From: Eledone cirrhosa
Taxonomy: Eukaryota
Direction of reading: 5' to 3'
Length of the DNA stretch: 64,000 bases
Assembly: GCA_964016885.1 (NCBI GenBank)
Contig: OZ024748.1
Location: 51,336,001-51,400,000, forward strand
The notes under the pieces were generated by a model. The model searched no databases. It was not told the DNA's origin and was given only the letters and a program-made list of their open reading frames with translations. A program made the position numbers and the translations under genes. Below, piece after piece: positions 24,996 to 38,904 of this stretch. Every line of letters begins with the position of its first letter. The first letter of the stretch is position 1.

Positions 24996-25146
24996 TTTCA
25001 TTGTTATTTTTTTTATTACATCCTCTGTTTTTTTTACACGCAGAAATGCCCATTTGTACAGTCCTGTATTGTCCTGTACTGTCCTTAATGTCTACTTTAT
25101 GTAAACCCTTGTGGTTAATAAAGAAAGCATTATTATTATTATTATT
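24996..25146 (+). mobile_element. Tx1/L1-like LINE extreme 3' UTR fragment
   Basis: ACACGCAGAAATGCCCATTTGTAC...TGTAAACCC...AATAAAGAAAGC(ATT)n nearly identical to 12555-12700. Confidence 0.85.
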
Positions 25147-25148
25147 AT

Positions 25149-25186
<38 letters not shown>

Positions 25187-25245
25187 TATTTTTAGTGTTA
25201 TTATCATTATTATTGTTATTATTATCATGATGATGATGATGATTA

Positions 25246-25300
<55 letters not shown>

Positions 25301-25619
25301 TATTATTAATAATTGTTGTTGCTGCTGTTGTTGTTGTTGTTGTTTGTTTGTTTGTATGCTTGCTTTTTGCCATGTCTTGCTGCACTGAGGCATTGTTTTG
25401 TGCCCTGCCATTTTTAGTGAAGAAAGATTTAAATGAAAAATGTGCAATTAATGAACATTCTCTGAAGCAAAGGTGTGCAAGAATAGAAGTGGGAGGTCTG
25501 TCTATTGTTAAGAAACAACTAAACATTATTTTTGACTATCTTCTGCTATTGAGAACAATAATGATACAGTGTCGTTTTTGTCTTGTTTCTATGATGCTGA
25601 AGATGCTGATATATTCAGG

Positions 25620-25665
<46 letters not shown>

Positions 25666-25722
25666 AATATACATATATATATATATATATATACAAATAT
25701 ACATATATATATATATATACAA

Positions 25723-25762
<40 letters not shown>

Positions 25763-25808
25763 ATATATATATATACAAATATATATATATATATGTATAT
25801 ATATACAA

Positions 25809-25845
<37 letters not shown>

Positions 25846-25848
25846 CAA

Positions 25849-25885
<37 letters not shown>

Positions 25886-25999
25886 CAAATATACATATAT
25901 ATATATATGTATATATATACAAATATATATATATATATATATATACAATATATATATACATATATATATAAAGATATATATATAAACATATATATACAA

Positions 26000-26040
<41 letters not shown>

Positions 26041-26105
26041 CACAAAAAAACATATATATATATATATATATATATACAAACATACATGTATATATACACA
26101 TATGT

Positions 26106-26148
<43 letters not shown>

Positions 26149-26724
26149 CACACACATTCATATATAACCCATGCTAGCGTGGAAAAATGTATGTTAGATG
26201 ATGATGATATATATACATATATATATATTGCAAGTATATGTAGGTATGTATGTATGTGTGTGTACATATATATGCATCTATGCATGTAAACTTCAATGTA
26301 TGTGTATATGTGTATATATATGAATGTATGTATGGCTTGAACGTATGTAAGTTAGATTCATTGAAAAACAAGAAGAAAACTCTGCTATAGGTGAAAAACA
26401 TCATTAGCTGCCTAAATAGTTGATATAATAAAGTGAACTTTGTTTTCATAATGGCATAGAGCTCAGAATGATCAGTGAATCAAAGAGGAGCAACATGTTA
26501 CTTAGCTTGAAGAGAAGAGTGGGGTGGAGGAGGAGGAGAGGAGGGGAGGGGAGGAGAGGAGGAGAAAGGTGGGAGGGGAGGTTTGTGTGGGGGGGGGTAT
26601 GAAGATTGGGAAGGGGGGAAGTGGGAAGTGGGAGAGAAGGTGTAATAGGAGAACAATGGTGACTTTAACAGAACCACAATGTAGAGGACAAGAGGTGGAA
26701 GGAAAGGAGAGAAGGACTGAAACA

Positions 26725-26990
26725 ATGAGAAGAAGAAGAAGAAGAAAGAAAAGAAGACAGAAGAAGAAGAAGAAAACGAGAAGAGGAAGAAAGAAAAGAA
26801 AAGGAAGAAAGAAAAGAATATAGAGATGAAGACAGAGAAGAAGAAGAAAAAGAAGAAAAAGAAGAAAAAGAAGAAAAAGAAAAAGAAGAAAAAGAAGAAG
26901 AAAAAGAAGAAGAAGAAGAAGAAGAAGAAGAAGAAGAAGAAGAAGAAGAAAAAGAAGAAGAAGAAGAAGAAAAAGAAAAAGAAGAAGACA
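26725..26990 (+). repeat. (GAA)n/(GAAAAA)n polypurine tract
   Basis: Direct reading. Confidence 0.95.
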
Positions 26991-27392
26991 AAAAGAAACT
27001 ACAAGTTCATTTATTTCTTTACATTTATGAATTTCATTTTCTGTCAACTTTTGAAAAAAAATTATATATCTGACTTTTGTTAATTTTCTTTTGTTTGTAT
27101 GTGTGAGTGAGTGTGGTGAGTCTGTGTGTGTATTGGACTAAATGTCTATGTGTGTGTGTGAGTCTGTATGTGAATGAATGCATGTGTGTGTGGTTGTGCA
27201 TGTGTGTTTACATGAGTGTTTGTGTATGTAACTGCATGTGTAAGGGTGACTGTGTATGTATGTGTGTGTATATGTGTGTGGATATGTGTGCATTTGTGTG
27301 TCTGTGAGTGTCTGTGAGTGTGAATGGGGATGAATGTCTGTGTGTGTATGTGCATGCATATTTTACTATGTGTTTATGTAAGAGTGCAATAG

Positions 27393-27462
<70 letters not shown>

Positions 27463-27773
27463 AGTGCATTTGTTAGAAAGAGTGTGAATGTGTTTCTTTA
27501 AAGCTATTGCTCTATTAAGCATTTCTTGAATTCAAATTAATTAAATATATCAAATGTTACAATATTTTTTCTGTCTTTCTTCTCTATTATGAAACTAATG
27601 TTGCTGCCGATAAAAATAACTACAATAATAAATATAATAATTGTAAAAAGAAGAATGATTATGATTAGTTTCGTGATAAGATATATATATATAGTTATAT
27701 ATAACTATATATATATATATATATATGTATTGTTATATATATATATAACTATATACATATAACTATATATATA

Positions 27774-27817
<44 letters not shown>

Positions 27818-28315
27818 TATATACATATATATATATGTAGTTATATACACTTATATATGTATATAAATGTGTATATATATATATATATCCACACATACAT
27901 ACATATTAATGTTCATCTTTTTACTTATGTTTGACAAGCATATCTTTGTTACAAATGATGAAAATAAATAAAATATATATATATATAAATAAATAAATAA
28001 ATACATAAAATAAAATAAATGAGCAAAAATTAAAAAAAGTAGATAAATGAGTAAAAATTAATAAATAAACAAAAAATACAACAAAAAAACAAAACAACAA
28101 ATGTTAAAATATAATGATGAATGATACTAGAACATATCTTTAAAATGTTCAATTACTTTAACATATCTATTATCCACTTCATCATCTTTCATCATTATCC
28201 TTAACATCATCATCATTACCATAAACAGCATCATCCTCATCATCAACCACATTTGCATCATTATATTTATATATATATATATAAGAATAAAATTATTTAA
28301 ATTTTATTTATATTA

Positions 28316-28369
<54 letters not shown>

Positions 28370-28719
28370 TATATATATATATATATATACATATGTATAT
28401 ATATGTATATATATATATATATACTGTATATATATGTGTATATATTCCTACTTCACTTCCCCCCCTTTCCTACCACACCCAGCCCTTCCTTCAAGTGAAC
28501 ATTTTAAGATAAGTTAAATAACTCCGAGACTTGTTACATTCATGAATATGAAACAATTGCCTAAATGCAATAAAGTTGATTTTTATGCCAGCAACCAGCC
28601 ATTTCCACTAACCATCACCATCAACCACCACCACTATCTATTACTCCAGCGATCACTAACCATCACAAGCAACCATCTCCACTAACCATCACCACCAACC
28701 ATCACTACTATCTGTTACT

Positions 28720-30125
28720 CCAACCATCACAACCAACCATCTCCACAAATCATCACAACCAATCATCTCCACAAACCATCACAACCAACCATCTCCACAA
28801 ACCATCACAACGAACCATCTCCACAAACCATCACAACCAACCATTTTCACAAACCATCACAACCAACCATCTCCACAAACCATCACAACCAACCATCTCC
28901 ACAAACCATCACAACCAACCATCTTCACTAACCATCACAACCAACCATCTCCACAAACCATCACAACCAACCATCTCCACAAACCATCACAACCAACCAT
29001 TTTCACAAACCATCTCCACAAACCATCACAACCAATCATCTCCACAAACCATCACAACCAGCCATCTCCACAAACCATAACAACCAACCATCTCCACAAA
29101 CCATCTCCACAAACCATCACAACCAACCATCTTCACTAACCATCACAACCAACCATCTCCACAAACCATCACAACCAACCATCTTCACAAACCATCACAA
29201 CCAACCATTTTCACAAACCATCACAACCAACTATCTCCACAAACCATCACAACCAACCATCTCCACAAACCATCACAACCAACCATTTTCACAAACCATC
29301 ACAACCAACTATCTCCACAAACCATCACAACCAACCATCTCCACAAACCATCACAACCAATTATCTCCACAAACCATCACAACCAATTATCTCCACAAAC
29401 CATCACAACCAACCATTTTCACAAACCATCACAACCAACCATCTCCACAAACCATCACAACCAACCATCTCCACAAACCATCACAACCAACCATCTTTAC
29501 TAAGCATCACAACCAACCATCTCCACAAACCATCACAACCAACCATCTTTACTAAGCATCACAACCAACCATCTCCACAAACCATCACAACCAACCATCT
29601 CCACAAACCATCACAACCAACCATCACAACCAGTCATCTCCACAAACCATCACAACCAACCATCTCCACAAACCATCACAACCAACCATCTCCACAAACC
29701 ATCACAACCAACCATCTCCACAAACCATCACAACCAACCATCTCCACAAACCATCACAACCAACCATCTCCACAAACCATCACAACCAACCATCTCCACA
29801 AACCATCACAACCAACCATCTCCACAAACCATCACAACTAACCATCTCCACAAACCATCACAACCAACCATCTCCACAAACCATCACAACCAACCATCTC
29901 CACAAACCATCACAACCAACCATCTTCACTAACCATCACAACCGACCATCTCCACAAACCATCACAACCAATCATCTCCACAAACCATCACAACTAACCA
30001 TCTCCACAAACCATCACAACCAACCATCTCCACAAACCATCACAACCAACCATCTCCACAAACCGTCACAACCAACCATCTCCACAAACCATCACAACCA
30101 AGATTCTTCACAAACCATCATCGCC
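28720..30125 (+). repeat. 26-bp minisatellite (CCATCACAACCAA+CCATCTCCACAAA), roughly 50+ units
   Basis: Unit is a dimer of two related 13-mers; degenerate (CCA)n-rich flanks. Confidence 0.95.
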
Positions 30126-30713
30126 AACCATCACAACCATCCATCATTCCCAAACATCTTCACTAACCATCTCAACAAAACAACATACTGAACCAACCAA
30201 CTCAAACAATCATCAAACTAACTATCACCCACACCATCCCCACTAACCATTTTCACTAGCCATCACTACCAACTGTTACCATCAACCTTCACCTCTACCC
30301 ACCTTAACAAGCAGCAGCAGCAGCTGCCACGACCACCACCACTAACCATCACCACCACAAGAGCCACCACCATCACCCCACCCCCACCATCACCACCCCA
30401 CCACCACTACCACCACTAACCATCACCACCACCACCACTACTAACCCCCCCACACACCACCACCACTAACCACCACTAACCATCTCTACCAATGCATGTT
30501 AACTCATTTTTAATTATAAATTATTTGGCTTTTCTTTTTTTTCAGACTTTTGCCTTCATTTGTGTTTGATAATACTAAAAATAATTTTAAAAATTGATGT
30601 TTTTCTAATTTCTTTTTTGTTTTGTCATATTTTGGGTAAGAGGAGTTAGGTTTACTGGTTACCATGGAGGAGTGTGTATTAACTTGGAAGCTTTCTTCAG
30701 GATATTTTATACA

Positions 30714-31130
30714 TCATCATCATCACCATTATTGTTTTAATGTCTAGTTTTTCCTTGTTCACATAGGTTGGATGGGTCTTTACAGCAGAGCATCTCTCCA
30801 CTCACTGGGTTCCTTTATCATCTCTGCTGTGTCTCTGTGATTTGAGATCAGCTCTGATCACCTCCACCCAGGTTTTTCTTAGTCTATTTCTAATGCAGTT
30901 TCGTTCCACTAGGATTTCCTAGCACTTCTTCACCCAACGATCATCATCCATACACATCATATGTCTGTATTAACACAGTCTTCTCTTCCATTTTGGATTC
31001 CTGTTAAATCCAATATCTCCCTCAGTTCATCCAGGTAACTGCCTTTCTCTCACATTTACATTGCACATCCAACGAAGTATGATTACTTTATTTCTCTCCA
31101 GCCTAAGCAAGTCCTCTGCAGGCATACATA
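30714..31130 (-). mobile_element. Old RTE LINE 3' fragment
   Basis: Colinear with 42845-43250 (CACTTCTTCACCCA, TTGCACATCCAACG) and has a (CAT)n tail. Confidence 0.7.
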
Positions 31131-31167
31131 TTTCAATTTCTTTTCTTGCAGCTTACTTTCATTACTT

Positions 31168-31245
31168 CACGGGGTCGATAAAATAAAGTACCAGTAATGT
31201 ACTGGGTAATTGCTGGCCTTGTGCCTAAAGTAGAAACAATTATTA
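31168..31245 (+). mobile_element. SINE family A 3' half
   Basis: ACGGGGTCGATAAAATAAAGTACC...GTAGAAACAATTATT. Confidence 0.85.
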
Positions 31246-33034
31246 TCTGATAATATCATAGCACAGGCATAGCCATGCTTTCTGCTTCACTATGGTGTTA
31301 ATTGTCGTAGTGAACTAGCAGCAGCAGCAACAAAAAAAAACACAACAACAACAAGAACTGCTAAAGGGTGGATAACTCATCATAGTCAATGGCTATCTAC
31401 TCCAATCATGGGTTAAATAGCCTCACTAACCCACAATTAACCAACTGTGGTGAATACAGCTACACACCTGACATGACCAAAACCAAACAGAAAGTAGTGG
31501 AGATTAACCAAGGTAGGAGTCCCCCAACAGGAATGAGAAGTTCCTGGATTAGATTAGATTGGATGCTAACTTAGGGTTAGTAAGTATTAAATTAATTAAA
31601 TTAGTATTGGCTACATTCACTTCTAATTAATTTGCAGCGTGACATTCAATTATATTATTGTGTCAACTTACATTGAAGTAATATGGGGATTCTACTTAAA
31701 TCAAACACTTTCACCTTAAATTCAGTAGAGATAACTTAAATTAAATTTAAACAGGATGGTCTTATGTTAAGTCAAATTATATTTAGTGAAAGTCCAGTGG
31801 GATTCCACTTGAAACAATCACATTTAGCTCAAATTCAATAAATTTGACCAAGATATATTTCAATAAATAAAAGTTAATAAAACCTTGATAGACTGATGGC
31901 AGAATAGATTTTCTGAATATTTTCTAAATATCTACTTCTCTACATCCATTACCATTGCCATGCTGAAGTTCCTCCTCCAGCTCTCCCTGTCTAGCATTGC
32001 TGTCTGAATTTCCCCTGCCCCCAGCTCGGTCAAGAACATCCTTCAGTGTGTTTTTTTTTAATAATAGTATGCTAATAGTGGTTGCAATTAAGGATGTAGT
32101 TGCAGTATCGGTTACTTGGGACTAAAAACTCACTTGGGTTTTGAAGAAAATGTATAATTGGACACAAATTAACATGCTCCTTTCAAGGTGGATTAATGAT
32201 ACTGTCATATTTCATACGAAAGTTATAATAAGAATATTATGAATTTTTAAGAGTCTATTATATAATAGTAATTATATACTTATGTCTATGAGCAAAAGAG
32301 TAGTACAGTGGTGTGAATGTTTAATTTGAAATAGAGGGTACACATCCTTTGGTTTAGTTATAAGATTGTATTTAAGTGAGGAAAGTGTCATATCATAAAA
32401 TCAAATGGTATTTACATATTGTATTTTAACCAACAAGTGTGCATCCAAAGTATATCATAGTTTTTGAGTTAGGCTGCAGCCTACCATAATTATTCTTGTA
32501 CAATGTTGTGACCTTCAATATTTTTCTACTTACAAATGTTTTGTAAATTAATTTTGTATGGCCTCTTCTGTACATAAGTTGCATGGCTTCTGCTTTTTCT
32601 TATGACACAGCTCTTATTAAGCATTTCGAGTGGAGAACGTAATTTTATAGGATTTCTTTGAGTTATGAAATGTGTCCAAGAAGTAACTAAGATTCAAGGA
32701 TTCGCGATTGTGACACAAGACGAAATCTTATTCACCAGAAACCACAAAAGGCACTTAACAAGACAATACATTGAGTAACTCTAGAATGTGTGTAGATCTG
32801 GAAGAAACAATTATGTAAAAACAGAATACATTCACAGACATAAGAGTTGGGATATTCATACACTAAAAGTTATGACAACGATATGAAATACCAACACAGA
32901 AATGCAATATCATTAAAATAAAATTAAAAAAATAAGATAACAAATGCCACAATATGATTTTATGCAATCATTTTTGCTATGTTTGTTGGTATTAATTTGG
33001 TCCATTTTACGAGAACCCTAACTGAAACCTGTGG

Positions 33035-33240
33035 TGGTTGTAGTTTAGTCTGAGATCATACCTGATAAAGACTGCTTATGATAAAAACTTTTCCCATTAT
33101 GACTATCATATTTTTATATACTAGGTATTACATTGTCAAATATATCCTTCTTTACATCAAAACAATAGGAAGTTATTTGAAAGAAATATAGCTGTACTTT
33201 CTAGCATGCTGAGTGACAACAAAGAGAGACTCTTTCATTG
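33035..33240 (+). repeat. Unclassified old ~200-bp dispersed repeat
   Basis: GTTGTAGTTTAG...TATGA...CCA...TGAC.ATC...ATTTGA...GCTG.TA.TTCTAGCA pattern recurs at ~36790-36900 (-), ~38080-38245 (-), ~44560-44765 (+) and ~52620-52780 (+). Confidence 0.5.
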
Positions 33241-33654
33241 GTAAATCAATGATGTGGTGCAGATTGATGATGCTTGAACACATGATATTAAATCTACAAG
33301 TAATTAAATGGATATGTAAAAATATTTGTTGTATTAGAATTTAAACTTTATGTTGATTAGCAATATTGTGAAACGATTTAAATTTGGTTTTCAGGAAGAA
33401 GCACAAGTATCCAGTTTAGGGATATAGCGATTAATGTTTATTTCCCTTCCCAGAAGAGAAAAAGAAAGATCAGGGAAAAGGGGGCAGAAGAGGTGTAAAT
33501 ATGAAGATGAGAGCCAACATTAGAGGAGAGAGAAAAAGGGAGAGAAAAAGCAGAGAAATATGAAGAACAGATGAGATTTAAAAGAAAAATTAGGAAAGAA
33601 AAGATAATGAACTAAAGAACTGATATCAAACTTTAATCATATTTTTTTTAAACC

Positions 33655-33720
<66 letters not shown>

Positions 33721-34022
33721 ATATATATATATACATATATACACAAAATAAAAGACTATGAAAGAAAAAAGAAAAGAATGGCAGCTATTATATTTCTGTG
33801 AGTTTATCAAATCAACTGAAGCTTAGCCATCCATTGCAAGAGAATTAAGAAATAAACAAACACGCAAATGAAGCAAGAAATAGAAAATGAAATTGTAGTG
33901 AAAAATAAACAGCAAGCTAGCATAATTACAAGAAATGTGTTAATGAGATTAACATTAGCTGCTCTGCGAGGTGACAATAATTGAGAACTAAAATAAAAAA
34001 ACAAACACTTTCGCTAAGTTCA

Positions 34023-34061
<39 letters not shown>

Positions 34062-34068
34062 TGTATAT

Positions 34069-34232
34069 ATATATATTGTATATATATATATATATATAAA
34101 TATATATATAATCATCATCATTTTACATCCGCTTTTCCCTGCTTTTATATATATATATATAAAAGCAGGGAAAAGTGGATGTAAAATGATGATGATTATA
34201 TATATATTTATATATATATACAATATATATAT
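34069..34232. repeat. Loopless palindrome of an RTE/SINE-B 3' tail centred on (AT)n
   Basis: ATCATCATCATTTTACATCCGCTTTTCCCTGCTTTT-(AT)7-AAAAGCAGGGAAAAGTGGATGTAAAATGATGATGAT, one mismatch; symmetry extends into the flanking TA tracts. Confidence 0.9.
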
Positions 34233-35527
34233 GGTGTATATAAATATATATATATATGTGTGTGTGTGTGTGTATTTATTATTGGTTATTATTATTATTA
34301 TTATTATATATATTATATGTCTATATGTCTATGTATTCCTCTATCTATATACCTATCTATATACCTATCTATCTATCTATTTACCTTCCAACCTACCTAC
34401 TTACCCTTCTGTCTGATTGCCAATCTATCTACATCTCTCTTCCCCCCCCTCTATCTCTCCTTCCTGCACTCACATACACACACTAGCAACATTCTCTATT
34501 AGCAATCAGTTCCATTCATTTGTGACAGCGAAATGAATATCGATTGCTTTCAGGTGTATTCAAAATTGTGTATCCAATTAACACATTTTTAATTCTAAGT
34601 GGTGAGAAATAAAGAAGGGGAAAGAGAGAGAGAACGTAGAGAGGGAAAGAGAAAGAGAGGGAGAGATAGAAAAGGCCTTATTAATCACAAAAATTTTATT
34701 TAGCAGTTTTGCGATACTTAATGAAATTGTTTCATGAAAGATTCAGTTTGATGGAAAAAAAAAAGAAATGTAAGAAATTAAAATAAAATTTAAAATAAAA
34801 TAAATTAGGAAAAGTTTTATAATAACAATAATGAGTATAATGATGTGATAATGATAATAATTACAATAACAATAATTATAATTATAATGATAATGATAAA
34901 AAAAGGATAAAATAAAGAAATATTAAAGAAAGCAAAACAAAAACAAAACAACAAAAATATTATTTCCTAGATTCACACTTCATTGTTCCACTTGCTGCAA
35001 CACACACACACACACATATATACACGTATTCACACACACATATATATATACATGTATTCACACACACACACACATATATATACACGTATTCACACACACA
35101 CACACACATATACATATATTCACACAAGCACGCACATACATATATATATATATGTACATATATATACTCACACATTTAAACAAACACACACATATGCTCA
35201 CACACACTCATATATATATATATATATAGATATACACACACACATATCTACATGTCTACACACACAGATTTGATTTACACACACACATAATTATAACACT
35301 TGACAAATATTTATTTTCAGTTCACATTTCTCTTGGATAGGAAATGACAGGAAATTTTATTTAAAAAAATAAATTTAAATAAATAAATGAAAAAAACATA
35401 CCCCTACACCTCCTGCCCCTTCATTCCCTAATCAACTCCTCACCTAAATGTTTAATTAAATTAAAGAAAATAAAACTATATAAAAAATTTCTAATAAGTA
35501 GAACTGATTTTATTAGTTTTAGTAGTA

Positions 35528-35890
35528 GGCGGGGGATTAGCATTATAGGTAGAGGATCGGACGCCATGCTTTCCAGCATAGTTACGTCCCTTTACGATCT
35601 GAGTTCAAATCCCGCCGAGGTTAACTTTGCCTTTCATCCTTACGGGGTCGATAAAATAAAGTACCAGTGATGCACTGGGTAATTGCTGGCCTTGTGCCTA
35701 AAGTAGAAACAATTATTTTTAGTAGTAGGCGGATTTTATTATTATTATTCAAGGCAGTGGATTGGCAGTATCGGTAGAGGGTCGGACGCCATGCCTTCCA
35801 GCATAGTTACGTCCCTTTACGGTCTGAGTTCAAATCCCACTATGGTTTATTTGGCCTTTCATCCTTTCAGGGTTGACAAAGCAAGTGCCA
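35528..35890 (+). mobile_element. SINE family A full copy (35528-35716) plus a second 5' two-thirds copy (35753-35890)
   Basis: TSD-like TTTTAGTAGTAGGCGG at 35517-35532 and 35717-35732. Confidence 0.88.
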
Positions 35891-36464
35891 GCTCAGTGGT
35901 GGTGTAGCCTTCTTTCTCGTACAACTGTTCTGTATGCTGGACCAGAATTAGATGTTGAGGGAATTGAAACAGATCGGGTTTGATGGGTGCCTCATATAAC
36001 TACACACATAAACATATATATATATATGTATATATATATATGTACACACATAAGCAGGAAGAGGGAGAGAGAGAGAAGAAGGTGCCCTATACAGAGAGGA
36101 AGGGCTCTGTTTGAAGAAGGTGGCTCCTAACCAGCCTCAATAAATCCAGCACTGCCTGTATGTTCTACTAGTTCAAGGGAGGGAAGATCAAGGTGTGTGT
36201 ATCTGCTCGTGACTGCATATGTACATACATGTGTAAACCTTGAGTGAAGAAAGCATAGTATGCACTACAAAGTTATACTCGATTGCTAGTAATGGCTGTA
36301 GTTTATTTTAATGTCAGATATGATGAATATATAGCAAATGAAAGATGTAATCATCTGATCTGTTATTGAATTTGAGAAGACAATGTAAAGTGAAAGTTAT
36401 CATTATCTGTTGTAACTGTCCTATAGCTGAGAGATGTCAGTTGTTTTGCACTCTAGATTTTGGT

Positions 36465-36668
36465 TTAACCCTTTAACGTTTAAACTGGCTGCCTCCAGCC
36501 TAATTCTCTCATCTCTTTCTGTTCAACCTGGCCATAACCGACTGCTCATACTCAAGTTATTGTTCTTAAAATAAATAATATAAAAATCTCATAGATTTGA
36601 TATTATGTGAGAAAAAGCCTTTACTGTATAAGTACAATAGTAAATATAAAGTAATGCTAACGGGTTAA
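36465..36668. mobile_element. piggyBac-like MITE (~200 bp)
   Basis: TTAA-CCCTTTAACGTT...AATGCTAACGGG-TTAA: TTAA on both sides, CCC/GGG ends with short TIRs; body shared with 52898, 53244 and 54316. Confidence 0.75.
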
Positions 36669-36959
36669 AACTATTTTTACTACCACTACAGCTATACTAC
36701 ACCTTCAACTAATACTACCTCATGAACTACTACTACCATGCCTACCTCTACTACTACTACTATACCTTCTACAACTATTAGAGAATCAGGGATTTTCCTC
36801 CTGATCATTTAACCTGCTAGAAATAGTTTTCAAATCTTTCTCAAATCACATTCTACAATCTTTAAAAAAATTGAATGCCCATTTTACACTATGCTTGAAA
36901 AAAATATCAAATCATATACTACTGTTTTATTGTAAAATATAACACATTAGTATATGATC

Positions 36960-37470
36960 ATGAATACAGGCAGGCAAAATGGGGTTCCTCCAAAGGGTCT
37001 TTTGAGTAACATTACTCAATAGTGTGGAGATCAGTGAGATAATCCAGGTTGAGCCACTAATTCTCCAAATCGAGATATCACAGCTTTAGTACTACAGATA
37101 TGTGATTAGAATGTCTAAGGAAGAAACCATTGGATCGACTTTATGGGCAAAGCCAACAGGAAAGAGACTTTGGGAAGACCCCAAGCAAGATGGTTGGATA
37201 ACATTGATGAGCTCAGTTGTTCTTACTTGGGAATACAGCCAACTTAATTGGAGATGGATGCCTCTGATAGGACACTCTGAAGTGCATGTCTGATCACATT
37301 GCCTCTGCAACATGGAGGAGGAGGAGGGGGGAAGAAGAAGAAAAAGAAAAAGAAAAAGAAAAAGGAAAAGAAAAAGGAAAAGAAGAAGAAGAAGAAGAAG
37401 AAGAAGAAGAAGAAGAAGAAGAAGAAGAAGAAGAAGAAGAAGAAGAAGAAGAAGAAGAAGAAGAAGAAGA
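36960..37470 (+). mobile_element. RTE-group LINE 3' fragment followed by an expanded (GAA)n tract
   Basis: GHVIRMSKE-like segment and GGAAGACCCCAAGCAAGATGGTTGGATAACAT homologous to 14580-14836. Confidence 0.7.
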
Positions 37471-38715
37471 CAGGATGTTCACCATTGAATGGTCTTTTAT
37501 CACATGTCTGTTTGAGCAGAATTGACCTGAGGCTAAACTAACACCAATGTTAAACCTATAATTACTATATTTCTAATTAAATACACAGTATTTGATTTAA
37601 TTAATGAATAATCTAGAGCGATTTACTAAAATTATTAATTATTTCAATATTAAGATAGTATTTGTAATATAACTTAAAAGGTTCTTATATCAAATTATAT
37701 AAGAAGATTTTAATTTAAGTAGGAACCCTTTTAAATGAGTGGTTTGTTTCATAGAATTGGGTGGGTTGGTAGCAAAAGGGTTAATGACAACATTTATGAT
37801 TGTAAGATCACCATTCTATAGACATAGTTTTCATCACTATCAATGGTAGTATTGGTAGTGTGATGGAAAACATGCTTTGTGGCATATAGTTATGACCATT
37901 TACATTTCAAATCTTGTTGAGGTTAGCTTTGCCTTTCATCCTTAAGGGGTCTATAAAATAAAGTACCAGTAATTCATTGGAGATGATTTGATTGACTCAC
38001 CCCCTTCCCTTCAAATTTTTGGGCTGAATGTAGGAATTATTATTATGAACACTATGGTTATTGAATCTATCAAGAAGGCTTAATGTGGCTGCTTGCCCTT
38101 CTAGAAATAGAAGCTAAATCTTCTCAAATAAGGAATAATGTGATGCTGGATTCATAATATCTAGAGAAAAGATGGGATGTTCTCAGCTGAAATGTCATTG
38201 GGGTGCTTGATCAGGTTTAACCAGGGACTAAACAATAACAAAAACAACACATATATGATTATCAAGCGAGTGAGGAAGCATCTAGTCCTTTGCTCAATGT
38301 TTTCTGAAATAACATTTTGGAAAGAGAGGCTATAATGAATAGATATACTAAAAAGAAGAGATGGTCACGGCTGGAATGTCATTTGATTATATGCTTGGTC
38401 AATCAACCTGTAGAGATGGATTCTGACAGACTTAAAATGACCAAGAAATGCCACATGCTACTAGGGTGCCTCCATGACTCCATCAGGAGTTACAGGTTCA
38501 TACATACATGATGGCTGAAAACTCACGTTAAGAGTATTGCAATCACTTGTCAGATTCACATGTGTGATGCCCTTGGCTTAGGAAGAGCATCCAGCCATAG
38601 AAAACCAGCAAGAAACTCTCCTCTCTGAGCGAGACACAGTCACCCAACCCAATTTACCCTCTAAATGGGACAAACCCGTCTAACCCTTGCTAGCTTAGAA
38701 GATAGATGTTAATCG

Positions 38716-38885
38716 ATGATGACACTCGGATATGGCTTTTCAAGCCTGACTTGCACTGCTTCGCACACTGCCGACAATTATGGACCTCCTCCCTGGCCTC
38801 AGGTGTTGCATCAGGTTGCCTGTCAACCTTCATATGCTGCTTCAGTCCTGCTACAGATTGACATTCTTTGCCAACACATATATAT
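38716..38885 (-). mobile_element. RTE-type LINE C-terminal C2H2 zinc-finger fragment
   Basis: Translation CVGKECQSVAGLKQHMKV...CRQCAKQCKSGLKSHIR: paired C2H2 fingers as found at the C-terminus of RTE/BovB-like ORFs. Confidence 0.55.
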
Positions 38886-38904
38886 ACACACATACACACA
38901 TACA

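Noticed and set aside
18478-26290. Dozens of long YI/IY/HT/CV-repeat ORFs (also at 3.6-5 kb, 9.3-10.6 kb, 57.6-62.9 kb)
   Set aside because: Translations of (TA)n, (CA)n and (TG)n microsatellites, which lack stop codons; open in several frames on both strands.
26502-27083. Poly-Lys/Arg/Ser/Leu ORFs (also 37286-37541)
   Set aside because: (GAA)n tracts.
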